Assembly (NCBI GenBank): GCA_963805925.1
Contig: CAWDWB010000010.1
Span: 212,527-276,526 of the forward strand
DNA: 64,000 nt
Origin: an uncultured Acidobacteriota bacterium
GTDB lineage: Bacteria; Acidobacteriota; Terriglobia; Bryobacterales; UBA6623
Direction: 5' to 3'
Both the position numbers and the translations under genes were made by a program. How positions within the stretch are numbered: the first letter of the stretch is position 1; the number at the start of each line of letters is the position of its first letter. The notes beneath the pieces were generated by a model, which did not search any database, was not told where the DNA came from, and worked only from the letters and a program-made list of their open reading frames with translations. This document shows positions 9,230 to 20,578 of the stretch, piece by piece.

Positions 9230-10986
9230 GGGCGTTGCCCTGCCTGCTGCGCAGCCCTCTCGGCGACTGCGAGATTCTGTTGCGCCTCTTCCGACTCGGG
9301 CAGCAACTCAAGCGCCATCCGGTAATCTTGCGCAGCCTTCGCGTAACGGCCCGAGAGATAGTACTCCTGGGCGCGAAGCAGGAGCACTTCATAGGAGCCG
9401 GTGGACTTGCCGATGGCTCTCTCGAACTGCTGCCAGCCCTCTTCCGTGCGCCCCAAGCGAATCAATGCCACGGCGAGTTGGGCGCGCACCGTCGGCCGGT
9501 AGGGTCGAATTTTCAAGGCCTTCTGGTAGTAGTCGACGGCTTGCGCGTACTCCTTCTTGCGCGCCGCGGCGAGGCCCAGGTTACCGAGCAGCGCGGCCTG
9601 TTCGAGAGAGCCTGGTTGGACTACTTGCTCCGCCCGGATCCAGGCTTGCTCTGCTTGCTGTTGCTGCCCGCGGCCGTCGTAGATGCGGCCCAGCCAGCCC
9701 CAGGGCCGCGCCTTTTGCGGAGACTTGGTGACTGTATCCTGCCAAAGCGCTAGATCGTCTGCCCAGACTCGTGAGCGCTGGAAGGTCCCAGCCGCATAGA
9801 CGGCCAGAATTGCCGCCAGACTCACGCGCAGTACGGATCGCCGACTCAGCCGGAGGTAAGACAAGGCAGCGAGAACCGCGACGAAAAAACCGATGGAAGG
9901 CAAATAGAGCCGCCGCTCGGCCGCGAAGTCCAGCAGTGGGAAGAAGCTCGTCGTCGGCGTCAACATGATGAAGAAGAACAGCGCCCCAAATGCAACCAGC
10001 GGAATCTTGCGATGCCAGCGTAGAATCGCTGCGGCGATGGCCGCGAGCAGCAGCAGCGCAATCCAGGAACCGTGTTCCAACAACGTGTGCGATGGTGCGA
10101 TATCCGGGTCGAGGTTCAAATGAAACGGCCAAACGAGCTGACCCAAGTAGCGGAAGTACATCCGAAATTGCGTGAACAGGTAGGTTTGCCAGTCGAGCCG
10201 AAAGCCCGCGCTCTGCACGAACAAGATAGGCCGGATCACCAACACCGCTCCCACCGCGACGCCTGCCGCCAAGGTCCCGTACAGCGGCCAACTCTTGCGC
10301 AAACCGCGCCAGTCGCATCCGGAAAGGATCAAGTAATCCATGACCAGCACGACGGCCGGCAGGACCAGTTTGTCCTGCTTGCTGAGAACGCTGAGAACCA
10401 GGCAAACCAACACGATCGCTGCCGCCGCCCAAGGACGCCGTTCGCGGTAAACGATAAATCCCCACAGCCCCAATAGGAAGAACACGGCCGCCAGCAACTC
10501 TGTCCGGCTGCTGATATAGTCGACCGATTCGGTCTGGATGGGCGACAGCAGGAAGAGCAGGGGAATCCCGTAGACGAACAGATCGCGGATGGCCGCAGCG
10601 CGCTCCGGAATCCTGCCGACAGCGAACAGTGCGGCCAGCAGCCGCCAAAGAATGAGCGCGTTCAGGCAGTGAATCAGTATATTGACCAGGTGAAACCCGC
10701 TCGGGTCAAAGCCGCCCAGCCGCGCATTGGCCAGGTAACTCATTTTGACGATCGGCCGTTCGGGTCCTAGCAACGCCCGGAAACTAGGTGCGCGCATCGG
10801 CGCCCCTGGTTCCAGCAAATCGAAGTCGTCCAACACGTAGCCGCCCGAAGTCGCAGGCCAGTAGGCGGCTACTCCAGTGACGATCACCAGCAGGGCAAAA
10901 AGCCACGGCGTGGCGCGCCATCGGTTGACCGGCGTGTCCTTGCCGGCTGGCTTGTGTGGAGGCGGCTGTTGTCTCTTCGCGCTCAT
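9226..10986 (-). CDS. GT-C/PMT-like polytopic membrane protein with C-terminal TPR repeats
   Basis: 586 aa. About 10 TM helices, then TPR-like repeats (YAQAVDYYQKALKIRP, YAKAAQDYRMALELLP). Confidence 0.6.
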   Translation of the reverse strand: MSAKRQQPPPHKPAGKDTPVNRWRATPWLFALLVIVTGVAAYWPATSGGYVLDDFDLLEPGAPMRAPSFRALLGPERPIVKMSYLANARLGGFDPSGFHLVNILIHCLNALILWRLLAALFAVGRIPERAAAIRDLFVYGIPLLFLLSPIQTESVDYISSRTELLAAVFFLLGLWGFIVYRERRPWAAAAIVLVCLVLSVLSKQDKLVLPAVVLVMDYLILSGCDWRGLRKSWPLYGTLAAGVAVGAVLVIRPILFVQSAGFRLDWQTYLFTQFRMYFRYLGQLVWPFHLNLDPDIAPSHTLLEHGSWIALLLLAAIAAAILRWHRKIPLVAFGALFFFIMLTPTTSFFPLLDFAAERRLYLPSIGFFVAVLAALSYLRLSRRSVLRVSLAAILAVYAAGTFQRSRVWADDLALWQDTVTKSPQKARPWGWLGRIYDGRGQQQQAEQAWIRAEQVVQPGSLEQAALLGNLGLAAARKKEYAQAVDYYQKALKIRPYRPTVRAQLAVALIRLGRTEEGWQQFERAIGKSTGSYEVLLLRAQEYYLSGRYAKAAQDYRMALELLPESEEAQQNLAVAERAAQQAGQRP

Positions 10987-10993
10987 GCGCTTA

Positions 10994-11563
10994 CTAGACG
11001 TCGTAGTGGTTCCAAACGTCGTCCCACTTGCCCTGAGCCTTTAGCAGCAGCTCGATGACGTCACGAACGGCGCCGCTTCCGCCAGGGGTCGGAATTCGAT
11101 AATGAACGAGGTTCAAGATCTCTTGACGAGAATTTGAAGGCGCTGCTGAGAGGCCGGCGCGTCTGAGAATCGGCAGATCCGTTACGTCATCGCCCACGTA
11201 GGCAATCTCTTCGGCGCTGTAGCCGGTCTCTTGGACGACCTGATGGAACAGCGGCAACTTCTCCGTATTGCCCTCAAACAAAAACCTCATTTTTGCCGAG
11301 CGTGCGCGTTCTTTCACCGCGATGCCGCCTCGGCCGGAGATGATGCCCGTGTCGATGCCGTTGCGGTACGCCCACTGCAAGGCGATCCCGTCGTGCGTGT
11401 CGAAGCATTTCGTTTCGCCGACCGTACCGTCGGGGTTCGGTAAGAAATAAATGCGCCCGTCGGTGAGTACGCCGTCACAGTCCATCAGCAAAAGCTTGAT
11501 CTTTGAGGCGCGCGCCAAAACGTCTTCGGAATAGGTGGAAGAAGCGGTCATGATGTAAGCCAC
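10994..11563 (-). CDS. kdsC: KDO 8-phosphate phosphatase (HAD-IIIA)
   Basis: 189 aa. LLLMDCDGVLTDGRIYF, DGIALQW...GIISGR and YVGDDVTDLPILRRAGLSAAPSNS are KdsC motifs. Confidence 0.85.
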   Translation of the reverse strand: MAYIMTASSTYSEDVLARASKIKLLLMDCDGVLTDGRIYFLPNPDGTVGETKCFDTHDGIALQWAYRNGIDTGIISGRGGIAVKERARSAKMRFLFEGNTEKLPLFHQVVQETGYSAEEIAYVGDDVTDLPILRRAGLSAAPSNSRQEILNLVHYRIPTPGGSGAVRDVIELLLKAQGKWDDVWNHYDV

Positions 11564-11588
11564 GATTGTATCGTGAGGGCGACGGCGG

Positions 11589-12659
11589 CTAGGGATTCAC
11601 GCCGAACCATTTGGCGTACAGCCGGTCGCGTTGTCCCGTCTCCTCTAGAGTGAGCAGCGAACGATTCACCGTTTCCAGTACAGGGCTGCCCGTCGGGACG
11701 GCGATAGCGTAGTTTTCGGCGGTGAGTTGTCCTTGAACCAGCACTGCGGAGCTATCGGGATGCATTTGCAAGTAGTGCAACAAGGGCGGGCCGTCGAAAA
11801 CGATGGCGTCGACCTTGCCCTCGTTCAAAATCGCGATAGCGCTCTCGATGGAATCCTCTTCCACCACCGACGCGCCATACGAGCGCGCCACTTCGACGCT
11901 GGTGGATCCTCGCACTGTGGCGACACTGTGATCCGCCAAATCGCTCGGTTCGGTGATCCGCGCCTGCAACTGCTGCAGCGTCATCGCTGTTGATAGATCC
12001 GCCACCAAAACGCCGAACAAGCCAATCCCCGTGACCATCACCACGAATGCGACAAATCGCCCCAACCAGCGATGTGGCGTGAGGTCGCCGTAGCCCACCG
12101 TCGTCATCGTCGCCACGATGAACCATGCGGATTCAAATATGCCCGGCAGATAACTTCGTGAGACCGACTTCGAGCCGCGCTCCGCGATGTAGAATACGTG
12201 CGCACAGATCAGGATAAAGCCGACCAGAAAGGCAAGCGCGCGCCCGGCGCCGGATCCCCACGCAGTTTTAGCGTAGCGCAGCAGCTTTGGGCTATCGTCC
12301 GATTTCGTGAGGATGCGTATCCCTGCCGTCATATAGGGGTGGCTGAAGTCCATGCGCGCTTCCCGTGCAGACGTGACGCTGATTCCTGCCAACGCCAGGT
12401 CCACACGGCGCTCTTCCACCGCAGTCAGCAGATCGGATAGAGGCAGCACTTCGAAGTTGTATTGGAGGCCGGCGTTCTGCGCGATCTCCTGCCACAGTTC
12501 GATGTCGAAACCTTCCAGCCGGCCGTCGTCGGCCCGGACAACATTCGGCGGGAAAAGGGCGACGCCCACCCGCAAAGGCTGCTGGCCGTAAAGCGGCCCA
12601 ACCAGCAGGATGGTCGCGAGGAGCGGTAAGAGACGACTTGGCCGTTGTACACGCGACAT
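11589..12659 (-). CDS. GluR0-type ligand-gated K+ channel (periplasmic binding protein fold split by an M1-P-M2 pore)
   Basis: SBP_bac_3-like lobe 1 (RVGVALFPPNV...GFDIELW...LAGISVTSAR), two TM helices flanking the K+ selectivity filter TMTTVGYGD, then lobe 2 (VATVRGSTS...AIVFDGPPL...YAIAVPTGSP). I take the start at the internal Met (MSRVQRPSRLL, 12659) to avoid overlapping comEA. Confidence 0.8.
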   Translation of the reverse strand: MSRVQRPSRLLPLLATILLVGPLYGQQPLRVGVALFPPNVVRADDGRLEGFDIELWQEIAQNAGLQYNFEVLPLSDLLTAVEERRVDLALAGISVTSAREARMDFSHPYMTAGIRILTKSDDSPKLLRYAKTAWGSGAGRALAFLVGFILICAHVFYIAERGSKSVSRSYLPGIFESAWFIVATMTTVGYGDLTPHRWLGRFVAFVVMVTGIGLFGVLVADLSTAMTLQQLQARITEPSDLADHSVATVRGSTSVEVARSYGASVVEEDSIESAIAILNEGKVDAIVFDGPPLLHYLQMHPDSSAVLVQGQLTAENYAIAVPTGSPVLETVNRSLLTLEETGQRDRLYAKWFGVNP

Positions 12660-12664
12660 CTTCG

Positions 12665-12991
12665 CTAATCTGTTCGCCGTCCCGACTCCAGGCCACAACG
12701 AGCGTCCGGGTTTGCCACGAAGACCAAGGGCTGCAGCGCTTCAAACTGACGATCGGAAAGACGCGGCATCGCTCGAAGCTCGTCTACACAGCGAAATGCT
12801 CCGTTTTTTTGCCGGGTCTCGACCATCCAACCGGCCCGCTCAGGTCCAATGCCCGGCAGGGTCTCCAACTCAGTCTGGGAGGCCGAATTGATCTCCAACT
12901 TCGGCTGCGTCTTCGCTTCGGTTGGCTTGTGTTGCGCCCGAACCAAGACGGGCGCGAGCAGCAGCAACATCAAGCAAATCGAACTCTTCAT
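12665..12991 (-). CDS. ComEA-like helix-hairpin-helix DNA-binding protein
   Basis: Signal peptide MKSSICLMLLLLAPVLVRA, then INSASQTELETLPGIGPERA (HhH motif). Confidence 0.7.
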   Translation of the reverse strand: MKSSICLMLLLLAPVLVRAQHKPTEAKTQPKLEINSASQTELETLPGIGPERAGWMVETRQKNGAFRCVDELRAMPRLSDRQFEALQPLVFVANPDARCGLESGRRTD

Positions 12992-13039
12992 CTCGATTAC
13001 CGAGCAAACCTGCAATAAGCTTCGCACAGTCGTCGAACC

Positions 13040-15076
13040 TCACTGCCCGTCGTTCGGTCTATCAGGGAATTGCTGGCGCAGTTGGGCGATCTTGTCACGC
13101 AACGCAGCCGCTTGCTCGAACTCGAACGCCTTGGCCGCTTCTGACATGCGCTTCTCCAATCGACCGATCAGCTGCCAACCTTCCGCGGCCGTCTCCGGCT
13201 GCTTGTCTTCAGCCTCTTCGGGAAGCGTCACCTGGACGTAATCGGCTTCGACAATACGCGCCAACGTCATATCGATTGGCCTCGAAATGCCGGCAGGAGT
13301 AATCCCGTTCTCCTCGTTATAGGTGCGCTGAACCTCTCTGCGGCGGTCCGTTTCGTCGATGGCCCTCGTCATGCTGTCGGTCATGTGGTCGGCATAGAGC
13401 ACCGCTCGGCCGTTGATGTTGCGCGCCGCGCGGCCAATCGTCTGGATGAGTGCGCCGGACGACCGTAGAAACCCTTCTTTGTCCGCATCCAAGATCGCCA
13501 CCAACGAGACCTCCGGCAAATCGAGGCCCTCTCTCAATAGGTTGACGCCAATCAGGGCATCGAACTCCCCGCGACGCAGGTCCTGCAGCGTCTTCACGCG
13601 ATCGAGCGTGTCGACCTCCGAGTGCAGGTAGCGGCATTTTACTCCCGCTTCGGCGTAGTACTCCGCCAAGTCCTCGGCCATCCGTTTGGTCAATGTCGTG
13701 ACCAACACGCGCTCGTTCTTTTCGACGCGTATGCGGATCTCCTCTAATAGGTCGTCGACTTGCCCGCGAACCGGCCGAATCTCAACCGGCGGATCGAGCA
13801 GGCCGGTAGGTCGAATGACTTGCTCGACCACCACCCCGCCTGATTTCGAAAGTTCGTGCGGTCCCGGGGTCGCCGACACAAAGACCGCCTGGCCGATGCG
13901 GTTCTCGAACTCCTCAAAGGTTAATGGCCGATTATCCATCGCGCTAGGCATGCGAAACCCGAATTGCACTAGGTTCTCTTTGCGCGCCCGGTCGCCCTTG
14001 TACATGCCCCGCAGCTGGGGCACGGTCTGGTGGCTCTCGTCGATAAACAGCAGCGCGTCCTGCGGCAGATAGTCCAGCAGTGTCGGCGGAGGCTCTCCCG
14101 GCAGGCGGCCCGAGAAGTGCCGCGAGTAATTCTCAATCCCGTGGCAGAAGCCGATCGAGCGCATCATCTCGATGTCGAACTGCACGCGTTGGCTTAGCCT
14201 CTGCGCCTCAAGAGGCTTGCCGTTCTTTTGGAGTTCGGCCGTCCACCAATCCAGCTCTTCGAGGATCGACACGACCGCCTGGTTCCGCGTCTCATCCGAC
14301 ATGACGTAGTGCGACGCCGGGTAGATCGGCAGCCGCTGGTAAGTCTGTCGCACTTGACCGGCTACGACATCGATCTGCGAAAGCTTGTCCACCTCGTCGC
14401 CCCAAAGCTCGATTCGATAGCCATGATCGTCGTACGTCGGCTGGACTTCGATCACGTCCCCGATCACCCGAAACGTACCGCGCTCGAGTTCTCCGTCTCG
14501 TCGCTTATACAGGATCTTGGCCAGCTGCCGCACGATGTCTTCGCGCTTCACCTGCTGTCCTTGCTCCAGCATCAGCAACATGCCGTAGTAGGCATCGGGC
14601 GAACCAAGACCGTAGATGCAGCTGACGCTGGCGACGATCAGGCAGTCGCGGCGCTCAAACAGCGAGCGCGTCGCGGAGAGTCGCAGCTTGTCCAACTCGT
14701 CATTGATCGTTGCTTCCTTTTCGATATACGTATCGCTCGTCGGCATGTACGCTTCCGGTTGATAGTAGTCGTAGTAAGAAACGAAATACTCGACCGCGTT
14801 ATTCGGGAAGAAAGAACGAAACTCGTGGTAGAGCTGCGCCGCCAACGTCTTGTTGTGCGCCAGGACGAGGGCAGGCCGATTCAACTCCTCGATGACCTTC
14901 GCCACGGTAAAGGTCTTGCCCGAACCGGTCACGCCGAGCAGCGTCTGGTAGTTATCCCCGTCGCGAATTCCCCGAACGAGCGACTCGATGGCGGCCCCTT
15001 GATCGCCGCGCGGCTCGTAATCAGAAGCCAGCTGAAACGGCGGAGAATTCGTCGGGACTAGGGCGGAGGTTGTCAT
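13040..15076 (-). CDS. uvrB: excinuclease ABC subunit B
   Basis: 678 aa. GVTGSGKTF, helicase motifs, the beta-hairpin region and the C-terminal UVR domain ([20 protein letters not shown]). Confidence 0.97.
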   Translation of the reverse strand: MTTSALVPTNSPPFQLASDYEPRGDQGAAIESLVRGIRDGDNYQTLLGVTGSGKTFTVAKVIEELNRPALVLAHNKTLAAQLYHEFRSFFPNNAVEYFVSYYDYYQPEAYMPTSDTYIEKEATINDELDKLRLSATRSLFERRDCLIVASVSCIYGLGSPDAYYGMLLMLEQGQQVKREDIVRQLAKILYKRRDGELERGTFRVIGDVIEVQPTYDDHGYRIELWGDEVDKLSQIDVVAGQVRQTYQRLPIYPASHYVMSDETRNQAVVSILEELDWWTAELQKNGKPLEAQRLSQRVQFDIEMMRSIGFCHGIENYSRHFSGRLPGEPPPTLLDYLPQDALLFIDESHQTVPQLRGMYKGDRARKENLVQFGFRMPSAMDNRPLTFEEFENRIGQAVFVSATPGPHELSKSGGVVVEQVIRPTGLLDPPVEIRPVRGQVDDLLEEIRIRVEKNERVLVTTLTKRMAEDLAEYYAEAGVKCRYLHSEVDTLDRVKTLQDLRRGEFDALIGVNLLREGLDLPEVSLVAILDADKEGFLRSSGALIQTIGRAARNINGRAVLYADHMTDSMTRAIDETDRRREVQRTYNEENGITPAGISRPIDMTLARIVEADYVQVTLPEEAEDKQPETAAEGWQLIGRLEKRMSEAAKAFEFEQAAALRDKIAQLRQQFPDRPNDGQ

Positions 15077-15080
15077 GGCG

Positions 15081-17486
15081 CTATTGCGGTTGCTCGATTA
15101 AAGCCAGTAGAACCCGGTCCGGGTCAAGGCGGACTTGTTGCACCTTCTGCGAGACCGCGAATGAAAATTCCGTCGAGGGTCCATCGGTGCGCAACACTTT
15201 CCTGATGACGTCCCCGGACGTGCGCAGCTCAAGCGTAACCGGAGCTGAGAAATAGTCGGGTACTCCCCGCTGCTCAATCACGCCGCTGATGCGCTGTTGT
15301 TTTTGTGACCAACGCACTTTCAATCGCGGCATGCCGATGCCGTATACCCATTGATCAAAAAAATCTTTGAACCCAGGATCCGGCGAACCCGCCGGCAGAT
15401 ACGCAGCGGCAGCCTCGCGAAAATCCTCCGTCGTCATATTGCGATCCCCGAAATCTTGGGGAAGGGCGGAGAGAAGTTTCACGAAGGAATCCGGGCCAAT
15501 CGCCGCACGAATCATATGCATGATCCAGGCGCCTTTACCGTAGACAATGGCTGCCATAGCGTTGGGGAATCGCGAGGATGTCAATCGTTCGCCAAGAACG
15601 ATAGGTCCGGCTGATTCAATCGCTTTGCCTTCGCTGTTCTCTCGCCGGAGATCGTTTAGGTAGTAGCCCAGGAAGCGTTCGATCGTTCCCGGACCGGATC
15701 GTTGTTCGAGATACAGCAGCGCACTGTAGGTTGCCAGCGCCTCCACCAGCCAGGAGTCCGACTGGTCATCGACCGTCACGAGATTACCCCACCATTGATG
15801 CGAGATCTCATGCGGAAACAGAGCTTCTTTGTAGAAGGCCCGCTGCGGAGCCGTTAAGTTGATGAGCGGAGCGCTGGCCGGATCCAGGTAACTCAGTGTC
15901 GGGGCATAGACCAGTCCCGGAAAGCCCTGCCCATAAACGTTCGGGATCGGCGTGACCGAGACGGTTCGCGAAACGGGCGGTCCAAACTGACTGAGAAAAT
16001 ACTCGAACGACCCGGTCACCGTGTCTGCGACCTCCCGGATCTGTTCGATCGGAGCCTGAGTCGGCTGGACCGGAAGCCGCAGCAAGTTCTGTGTCGCCCT
16101 CTCCGTCGGGCTACGGCGTGCAGGCGGCGAGGGCGGGGTCGCGATGATCCGCTCATGGGTCTGGAAACGCGACTCGATTTCCCGATTCGCGAGGATTTCC
16201 AGACGATAATCGCCGACCTCTCGGACCTCGGACACGTAGCGGCCCAAGTTGAAGCCGGCTAGCTGGATACGATGATCCGTCTCATAGATCGACGTCTTGC
16301 GCTCGCCTTCCTCGACCGTTTCCCGCAATATGCCCGTGGCCCGCAGATCCAGGCTCGCCGGATAGTGAAAGGTGAGCCGGTAGTCGCTGGGCTCGAACTG
16401 CCCCCTGGGGTACCAACTTGTTCTGCTGCCAACCAAGTAAATGTCGTTCTCAGTGTGCTCCACGACGCGCCCGTGGTAGCGGAAACGGACATTCAACGTA
16501 GCGCCAGGCTCCGGCGCCTGAGGCAAAACCAGCAACGCCGTACTGTAGTCCAACTCGCCGGGCAGTGCAGCCTCTTCGGTCTCATGCAGAAACTCAGCCG
16601 GCGCACCATCGACGGTGACCTCGGTGATCTCCAACCTTCTCGACAGGCTAAACGGGAACGCGCGGCGTCCTGGCTCCGTTACCGTCAATTTCGCCGTGGC
16701 GAGAACGGCAATGGAAAGGTCGTCGGCAAGGCTCACGTCGAGGTCGTAGGCTTCAATGCGTCCGCCAAAACCGACCGGCTTGCGAGTGCCGTCCCGAAAT
16801 GAGCGTGCCGGGAACCTGCTCCAAATCTCTTGATAGGCGGCATTGTTCTTGTGGACCGTCTGGCCGATCGAGACGTGATCGGCCTTTCCTCGCGGATCAA
16901 TGATGACGTTGAAGCGCGTTGTCGCGCTGCCGACTGCGGCTGCCATGAAACCATCGGATTTGGGTATGCCCGCCAGCAGGTCGGTCGCGATTCGGACGGA
17001 GGCGTTGTCCAGCAGATTCCGAAAGACGGGGCTCCATCGCCGGCTTAGGACTGCGCCTTGATCCGGGTCCGCGCCGGCGGGCGAACTTGCTTTCAGTCCC
17101 GCCCGGAGCACGTCAGCCGTGTCGTCCGAAAATAACAGCATGACGTGGTTGAATGGCCGATTGAGGACGCCGTCTCCGGTGAAAGACGCCATCGAATAGC
17201 GTTCCTGGCCCGTCGGCGGGATAACCAGGATCTCCGCGGAGTCCATCGGTTCTTGCGCGATGAAAAACGCGCCGACATCCCGGCCGTCAATCGGCTCGGC
17301 AAAGATCAACAGGCCGTCCGTGAAGTAGAACTTCACATCCTCGCGTTCTAGAAAGAGGTCGCGGACGCGATAGCATTGTTGCGGATCCAGCCGGAGCGCT
17401 TTGACCGCGGCGCCATAGTTCTCGACCGCTTGGCCGGGCAGCAGCCCCGCCAGCAGCAGCAACGAGAAGATGACGCGCACAAGCAA
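15081..17486 (-). CDS. secreted M1-family (gluzincin) metallopeptidase-like protein
   Basis: 801 aa with a signal peptide. [29 protein letters not shown] is the HExxH-x18-E zinc motif. Confidence 0.8.
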   Translation of the reverse strand: MLVRVIFSLLLLAGLLPGQAVENYGAAVKALRLDPQQCYRVRDLFLEREDVKFYFTDGLLIFAEPIDGRDVGAFFIAQEPMDSAEILVIPPTGQERYSMASFTGDGVLNRPFNHVMLLFSDDTADVLRAGLKASSPAGADPDQGAVLSRRWSPVFRNLLDNASVRIATDLLAGIPKSDGFMAAAVGSATTRFNVIIDPRGKADHVSIGQTVHKNNAAYQEIWSRFPARSFRDGTRKPVGFGGRIEAYDLDVSLADDLSIAVLATAKLTVTEPGRRAFPFSLSRRLEITEVTVDGAPAEFLHETEEAALPGELDYSTALLVLPQAPEPGATLNVRFRYHGRVVEHTENDIYLVGSRTSWYPRGQFEPSDYRLTFHYPASLDLRATGILRETVEEGERKTSIYETDHRIQLAGFNLGRYVSEVREVGDYRLEILANREIESRFQTHERIIATPPSPPARRSPTERATQNLLRLPVQPTQAPIEQIREVADTVTGSFEYFLSQFGPPVSRTVSVTPIPNVYGQGFPGLVYAPTLSYLDPASAPLINLTAPQRAFYKEALFPHEISHQWWGNLVTVDDQSDSWLVEALATYSALLYLEQRSGPGTIERFLGYYLNDLRRENSEGKAIESAGPIVLGERLTSSRFPNAMAAIVYGKGAWIMHMIRAAIGPDSFVKLLSALPQDFGDRNMTTEDFREAAAAYLPAGSPDPGFKDFFDQWVYGIGMPRLKVRWSQKQQRISGVIEQRGVPDYFSAPVTLELRTSGDVIRKVLRTDGPSTEFSFAVSQKVQQVRLDPDRVLLALIEQPQ

Positions 17487-17551
17487 GTTTCGCCTGTATT
17501 AATTGTAAGGCTTCGCCGCGTCAACCGATCCTTCTGGTTCGCCCACACGGG

Positions 17552-18805
17552 CTAGATAGCGGCAGGCGAAACCGGGATCGAAGAACGGAATCCCTCGACC
17601 ACCACGATGCCGGTTGAGGATACCTGGTAGCGCGCCCGATCGTCCTCCTCGTTGAAGCCGATGACGGTCCCCGGTTCGATCTTGGCGTTCTTATCGATGA
17701 TCGCTTTGCGAATCTTCGCGCCGGCTCCGATGTGGCAACCGTCCATCACAATCGAGTTCTCGATCAGGGCGCCGTTGTCGGCAAATACGCGCCGGCCGAG
17801 AATGGAATCTCGCACCTCGCTGCCGGCGAGGATGCAGCCCTCGCTCACCACCGAGTTGATGGCATGACCGCGGCGGCCCTCTTCGTCGAACGTGAACTTC
17901 GACGGCCCCTGCGGATACTCGGCGGTGCGTAACGGCCACTTGTAGTTGTAGAGATTCAATAATGGCTTGACCGAGCGCAGGTCCATGCTGGCCTCAAAAT
18001 ACGCCTCGATCGTACCCACGTCCCGCCAATAGCCGCGATTCTCCGGCATCTCTCCCGGTACGACGTTGCTGTGGAAGTCGTAGGCATAAACGGGATGCTC
18101 GTGGATCATGTCCGGCAGCATGTTCTTGCCGAAATCGTGTTCCGAAGAGGGGTCGGCGGCGTCGCGCCGCAACTCGCTTACCAGAATGTCGTTGTCGAAC
18201 AAGTAATTGCCCATCGACGCCAACGTCCATCCCGGCCGTCCGGGAATCTCCGGCGGGTTGGCGACCTTTTCGTGAAACTCAGTGACGCGCCAATCCTTGT
18301 CGATGGCCATCGTTCCAAACTCGAGTGCATCTTCAACCGGAATGGGCAGTGCGGCTACCGTGCCCTTAGCGCCCTTTTGCTTGTGGTAGCTGATCATCTG
18401 TGAGACATCCATGCGGTAGATGTGGTCCGCGCCGAACACCGCAACCATTTCCGGTTGAGAAAGTTCGAGCAAATGGATGTTCTGGTAGATGGCGTCCGAG
18501 GTTCCCCGATACCAATGATCTCCCTGACGCATCTGAGCGGGCACGGGAATGATGTACTGATTCTGCAGCAACGGCGAAAACTGCCAGGCCTCTCTCAAGT
18601 GCTGCAGCAAAGACTGGCTCTTGAACTGCGTCAACACATAGATCGAATAGATCCCCGAGTTCACGAAGTTGCTGAGAACGAAGTCGATGATCCGATACTT
18701 GCCGCCGAAGGGAACCGCAGGCTTGCTCCTCTCTCGGGTCAGAGGATATAGCCGTGTGCCTTTGCCGCCGGCGAGAATGATTCCAAGTACCCGGACTTGC
18801 TGCAT
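17552..18805 (-). CDS. glgC: glucose-1-phosphate adenylyltransferase
   Basis: 417 aa. ILAGGKGTRLYPLTRERSKPAVPFGGKYRIIDF and a C-terminal left-handed beta-helix region. Confidence 0.92.
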   Translation of the reverse strand: MQQVRVLGIILAGGKGTRLYPLTRERSKPAVPFGGKYRIIDFVLSNFVNSGIYSIYVLTQFKSQSLLQHLREAWQFSPLLQNQYIIPVPAQMRQGDHWYRGTSDAIYQNIHLLELSQPEMVAVFGADHIYRMDVSQMISYHKQKGAKGTVAALPIPVEDALEFGTMAIDKDWRVTEFHEKVANPPEIPGRPGWTLASMGNYLFDNDILVSELRRDAADPSSEHDFGKNMLPDMIHEHPVYAYDFHSNVVPGEMPENRGYWRDVGTIEAYFEASMDLRSVKPLLNLYNYKWPLRTAEYPQGPSKFTFDEEGRRGHAINSVVSEGCILAGSEVRDSILGRRVFADNGALIENSIVMDGCHIGAGAKIRKAIIDKNAKIEPGTVIGFNEEDDRARYQVSSTGIVVVEGFRSSIPVSPAAI

Positions 18806-18809
18806 ACGT

Positions 18810-19499
18810 TTAATTCATCTCCAATGCGCCGTCGATGAGCTCGGCGCGCAGCGGGTGTCGCTCCGCCAGCTCCATGCTGTGTGTGACTACGATGAGAATC
18901 GAGGCTTCCTCCCGCTGAAGCTCAAGTAACAGGCTTGAGACTTCGTCGGCGCGTTTGCGGTCGAGGTTTCCGGTCGGCTCGTCGGCCAGCAGTAGGGCGG
19001 GACGGTGGATGAGCGCCCGAGCGATCGCGACCCGTTGCCGCTCGCCGCCTGATAGTTCAGCAGGTAAATGAGTTGCGCGATCCGCCAATCCGACGCGATC
19101 CAGAAGGCCCTGCGCTCGCTTCTTTACTTCGGCCGGATTCGCAGGGGCGGAAGCCAAGCTCGGAACCAGGATATTCTCCAACGCCGTTAGCTGCGGCAAA
19201 AGGTGGTGGTCCTGGAAGATAAAGCCGACGCTCCGGTTGCGGTATGCAGCCAGCCCTTCGGCCGACATCTTCAAGGGCTCTTGCTCGCCCAGGCGAAACG
19301 TTCCAGAAGTCGGTTGCTCCAGCGAACCCAGAATGTAGAGGAGCGTGCTCTTGCCCGAGCCGGACGGGCCCATGATCGCCATGGCGTCGCCCTTATTCAG
19401 CTTGAGGTCGACATGTTTCAACACGACTAGCGGCTCGCTGGGCGTCGCGTATTGCTTGCCCAGGCCCTCAACGATGAGTGCTTCGTCCTGCCCCGCCAT
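18810..19499 (-). CDS. ABC transporter ATP-binding protein (LolD/MacB-type)
   Basis: 229 aa. Walker [10 protein letters not shown], signature [15 protein letters not shown], Walker [13 protein letters not shown]. No permease gene is adjacent. Confidence 0.9.
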   Translation of the reverse strand: MAGQDEALIVEGLGKQYATPSEPLVVLKHVDLKLNKGDAMAIMGPSGSGKSTLLYILGSLEQPTSGTFRLGEQEPLKMSAEGLAAYRNRSVGFIFQDHHLLPQLTALENILVPSLASAPANPAEVKKRAQGLLDRVGLADRATHLPAELSGGERQRVAIARALIHRPALLLADEPTGNLDRKRADEVSSLLLELQREEASILIVVTHSMELAERHPLRAELIDGALEMN

Positions 19500-19573
19500 T
19501 CACCCTAGAACCGAACACATGCCATATTGTTCCACACTATGGAGCCGCGGCAAGGTTAGACATACACCGAAAG

Positions 19574-20341
19574 TCAGAGCTTGAATAGCTCTCGAAGTCG
19601 CTTCGTCTGAGCCCGGCTGACCGGAATTGCGGTCTGATTTTTGTCGTTCATCCGCAGTTGGTAGCTGGACTTGAACCAGGGAATCACTTCCTTGATGCGG
19701 TTGATATTGACGAGGTAAGACCGATGCGGGCGCCAAAATAGAGCGGGGTCGAGGTGCGACTGCAGGTCCTCGATCGTACGGTAATTCGACAGCCCCTCGA
19801 TGGATGAAGCGATCACCGTGATCACGCCCTCTTCAATCGTGGCGAAGGCGATCTCCGCTTCGTCCACGAGAAACATCCGGTTGCTGCTGCGAACCAAGAG
19901 TTTGGTCGGCGAACGCTTGTCGCTGAGTTGGGCCAACAGCTTTTCGACTTGGCCCGTCGCGTCGTCCGGCGATTCGATCAGCCGCCGGGCCCGTTCAATC
20001 GACTTGCTCAAGCGCGACTTCTCGATCGGCTTCATCACATAGTCGGCCGCCGCCAGCTCAAAAGCCTCCACGGCATACTGATCGAATGCCGTTGCAAAGA
20101 TAAAGTACGGCAGCCGGCCGCCGCGCTCGATCATCTTGCGGACCACGCTCAAACCGTCCAGGCCGGGCATCTGCACGTCGAGAAACACGAGATCCGGCTC
20201 GTACTCATCGATCAGCTTGATCGCCTCAAGTCCGTTGGCGGCCTCTCCGACGATTTCGACTTCCGGATGCGATTTCAGCAGGAAGGCGAGCTCTTCGCGG
20301 GCCAGTTGCTCGTCATCGACGATAAGGGTAGAGATCGACAT
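19574..20341 (-). CDS. LytR/AlgR-family (LytTR) response regulator
   Basis: Receiver domain (LIVDDEQ...LVFLDVQMPG) plus a LytTR domain (RPHRSYLVNINRIKEV). I take the start at MSISTLIVDD (20341) rather than the ORF-track 20425. Confidence 0.88.
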   Translation of the reverse strand: MSISTLIVDDEQLAREELAFLLKSHPEVEIVGEAANGLEAIKLIDEYEPDLVFLDVQMPGLDGLSVVRKMIERGGRLPYFIFATAFDQYAVEAFELAAADYVMKPIEKSRLSKSIERARRLIESPDDATGQVEKLLAQLSDKRSPTKLLVRSSNRMFLVDEAEIAFATIEEGVITVIASSIEGLSNYRTIEDLQSHLDPALFWRPHRSYLVNINRIKEVIPWFKSSYQLRMNDKNQTAIPVSRAQTKRLRELFKL

Positions 20342-20578
20342 GTCAGTGCGATGCCTCAGTCTAGCCGAACCCGCATGCACTCGCTCAACTTCAAATCCCG
20401 CATCGGCCCGACCGTCGTTCTTCACCGTTTATCTCTTGCCGCAGCAATAACTTAACCGCGCCGCCGGTCATTTTATTTGGAGCCGGTCTCTACACTGGAA
20501 ATGACTTCAGCCACGGCCTTACCCTTCGCTTCGCCGTTGTTGCTGAAGCGAGCGTAGATTCTGGCCGATAACACTTAC

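Noticed and set aside
9581-10648. 355-aa - strand ORF
   Set aside because: It is an alternative frame within the GT-C/TPR membrane protein gene and is Arg/Gly-rich.
14228-15061. 277-aa + strand ORF
   Set aside because: It is antisense to uvrB.
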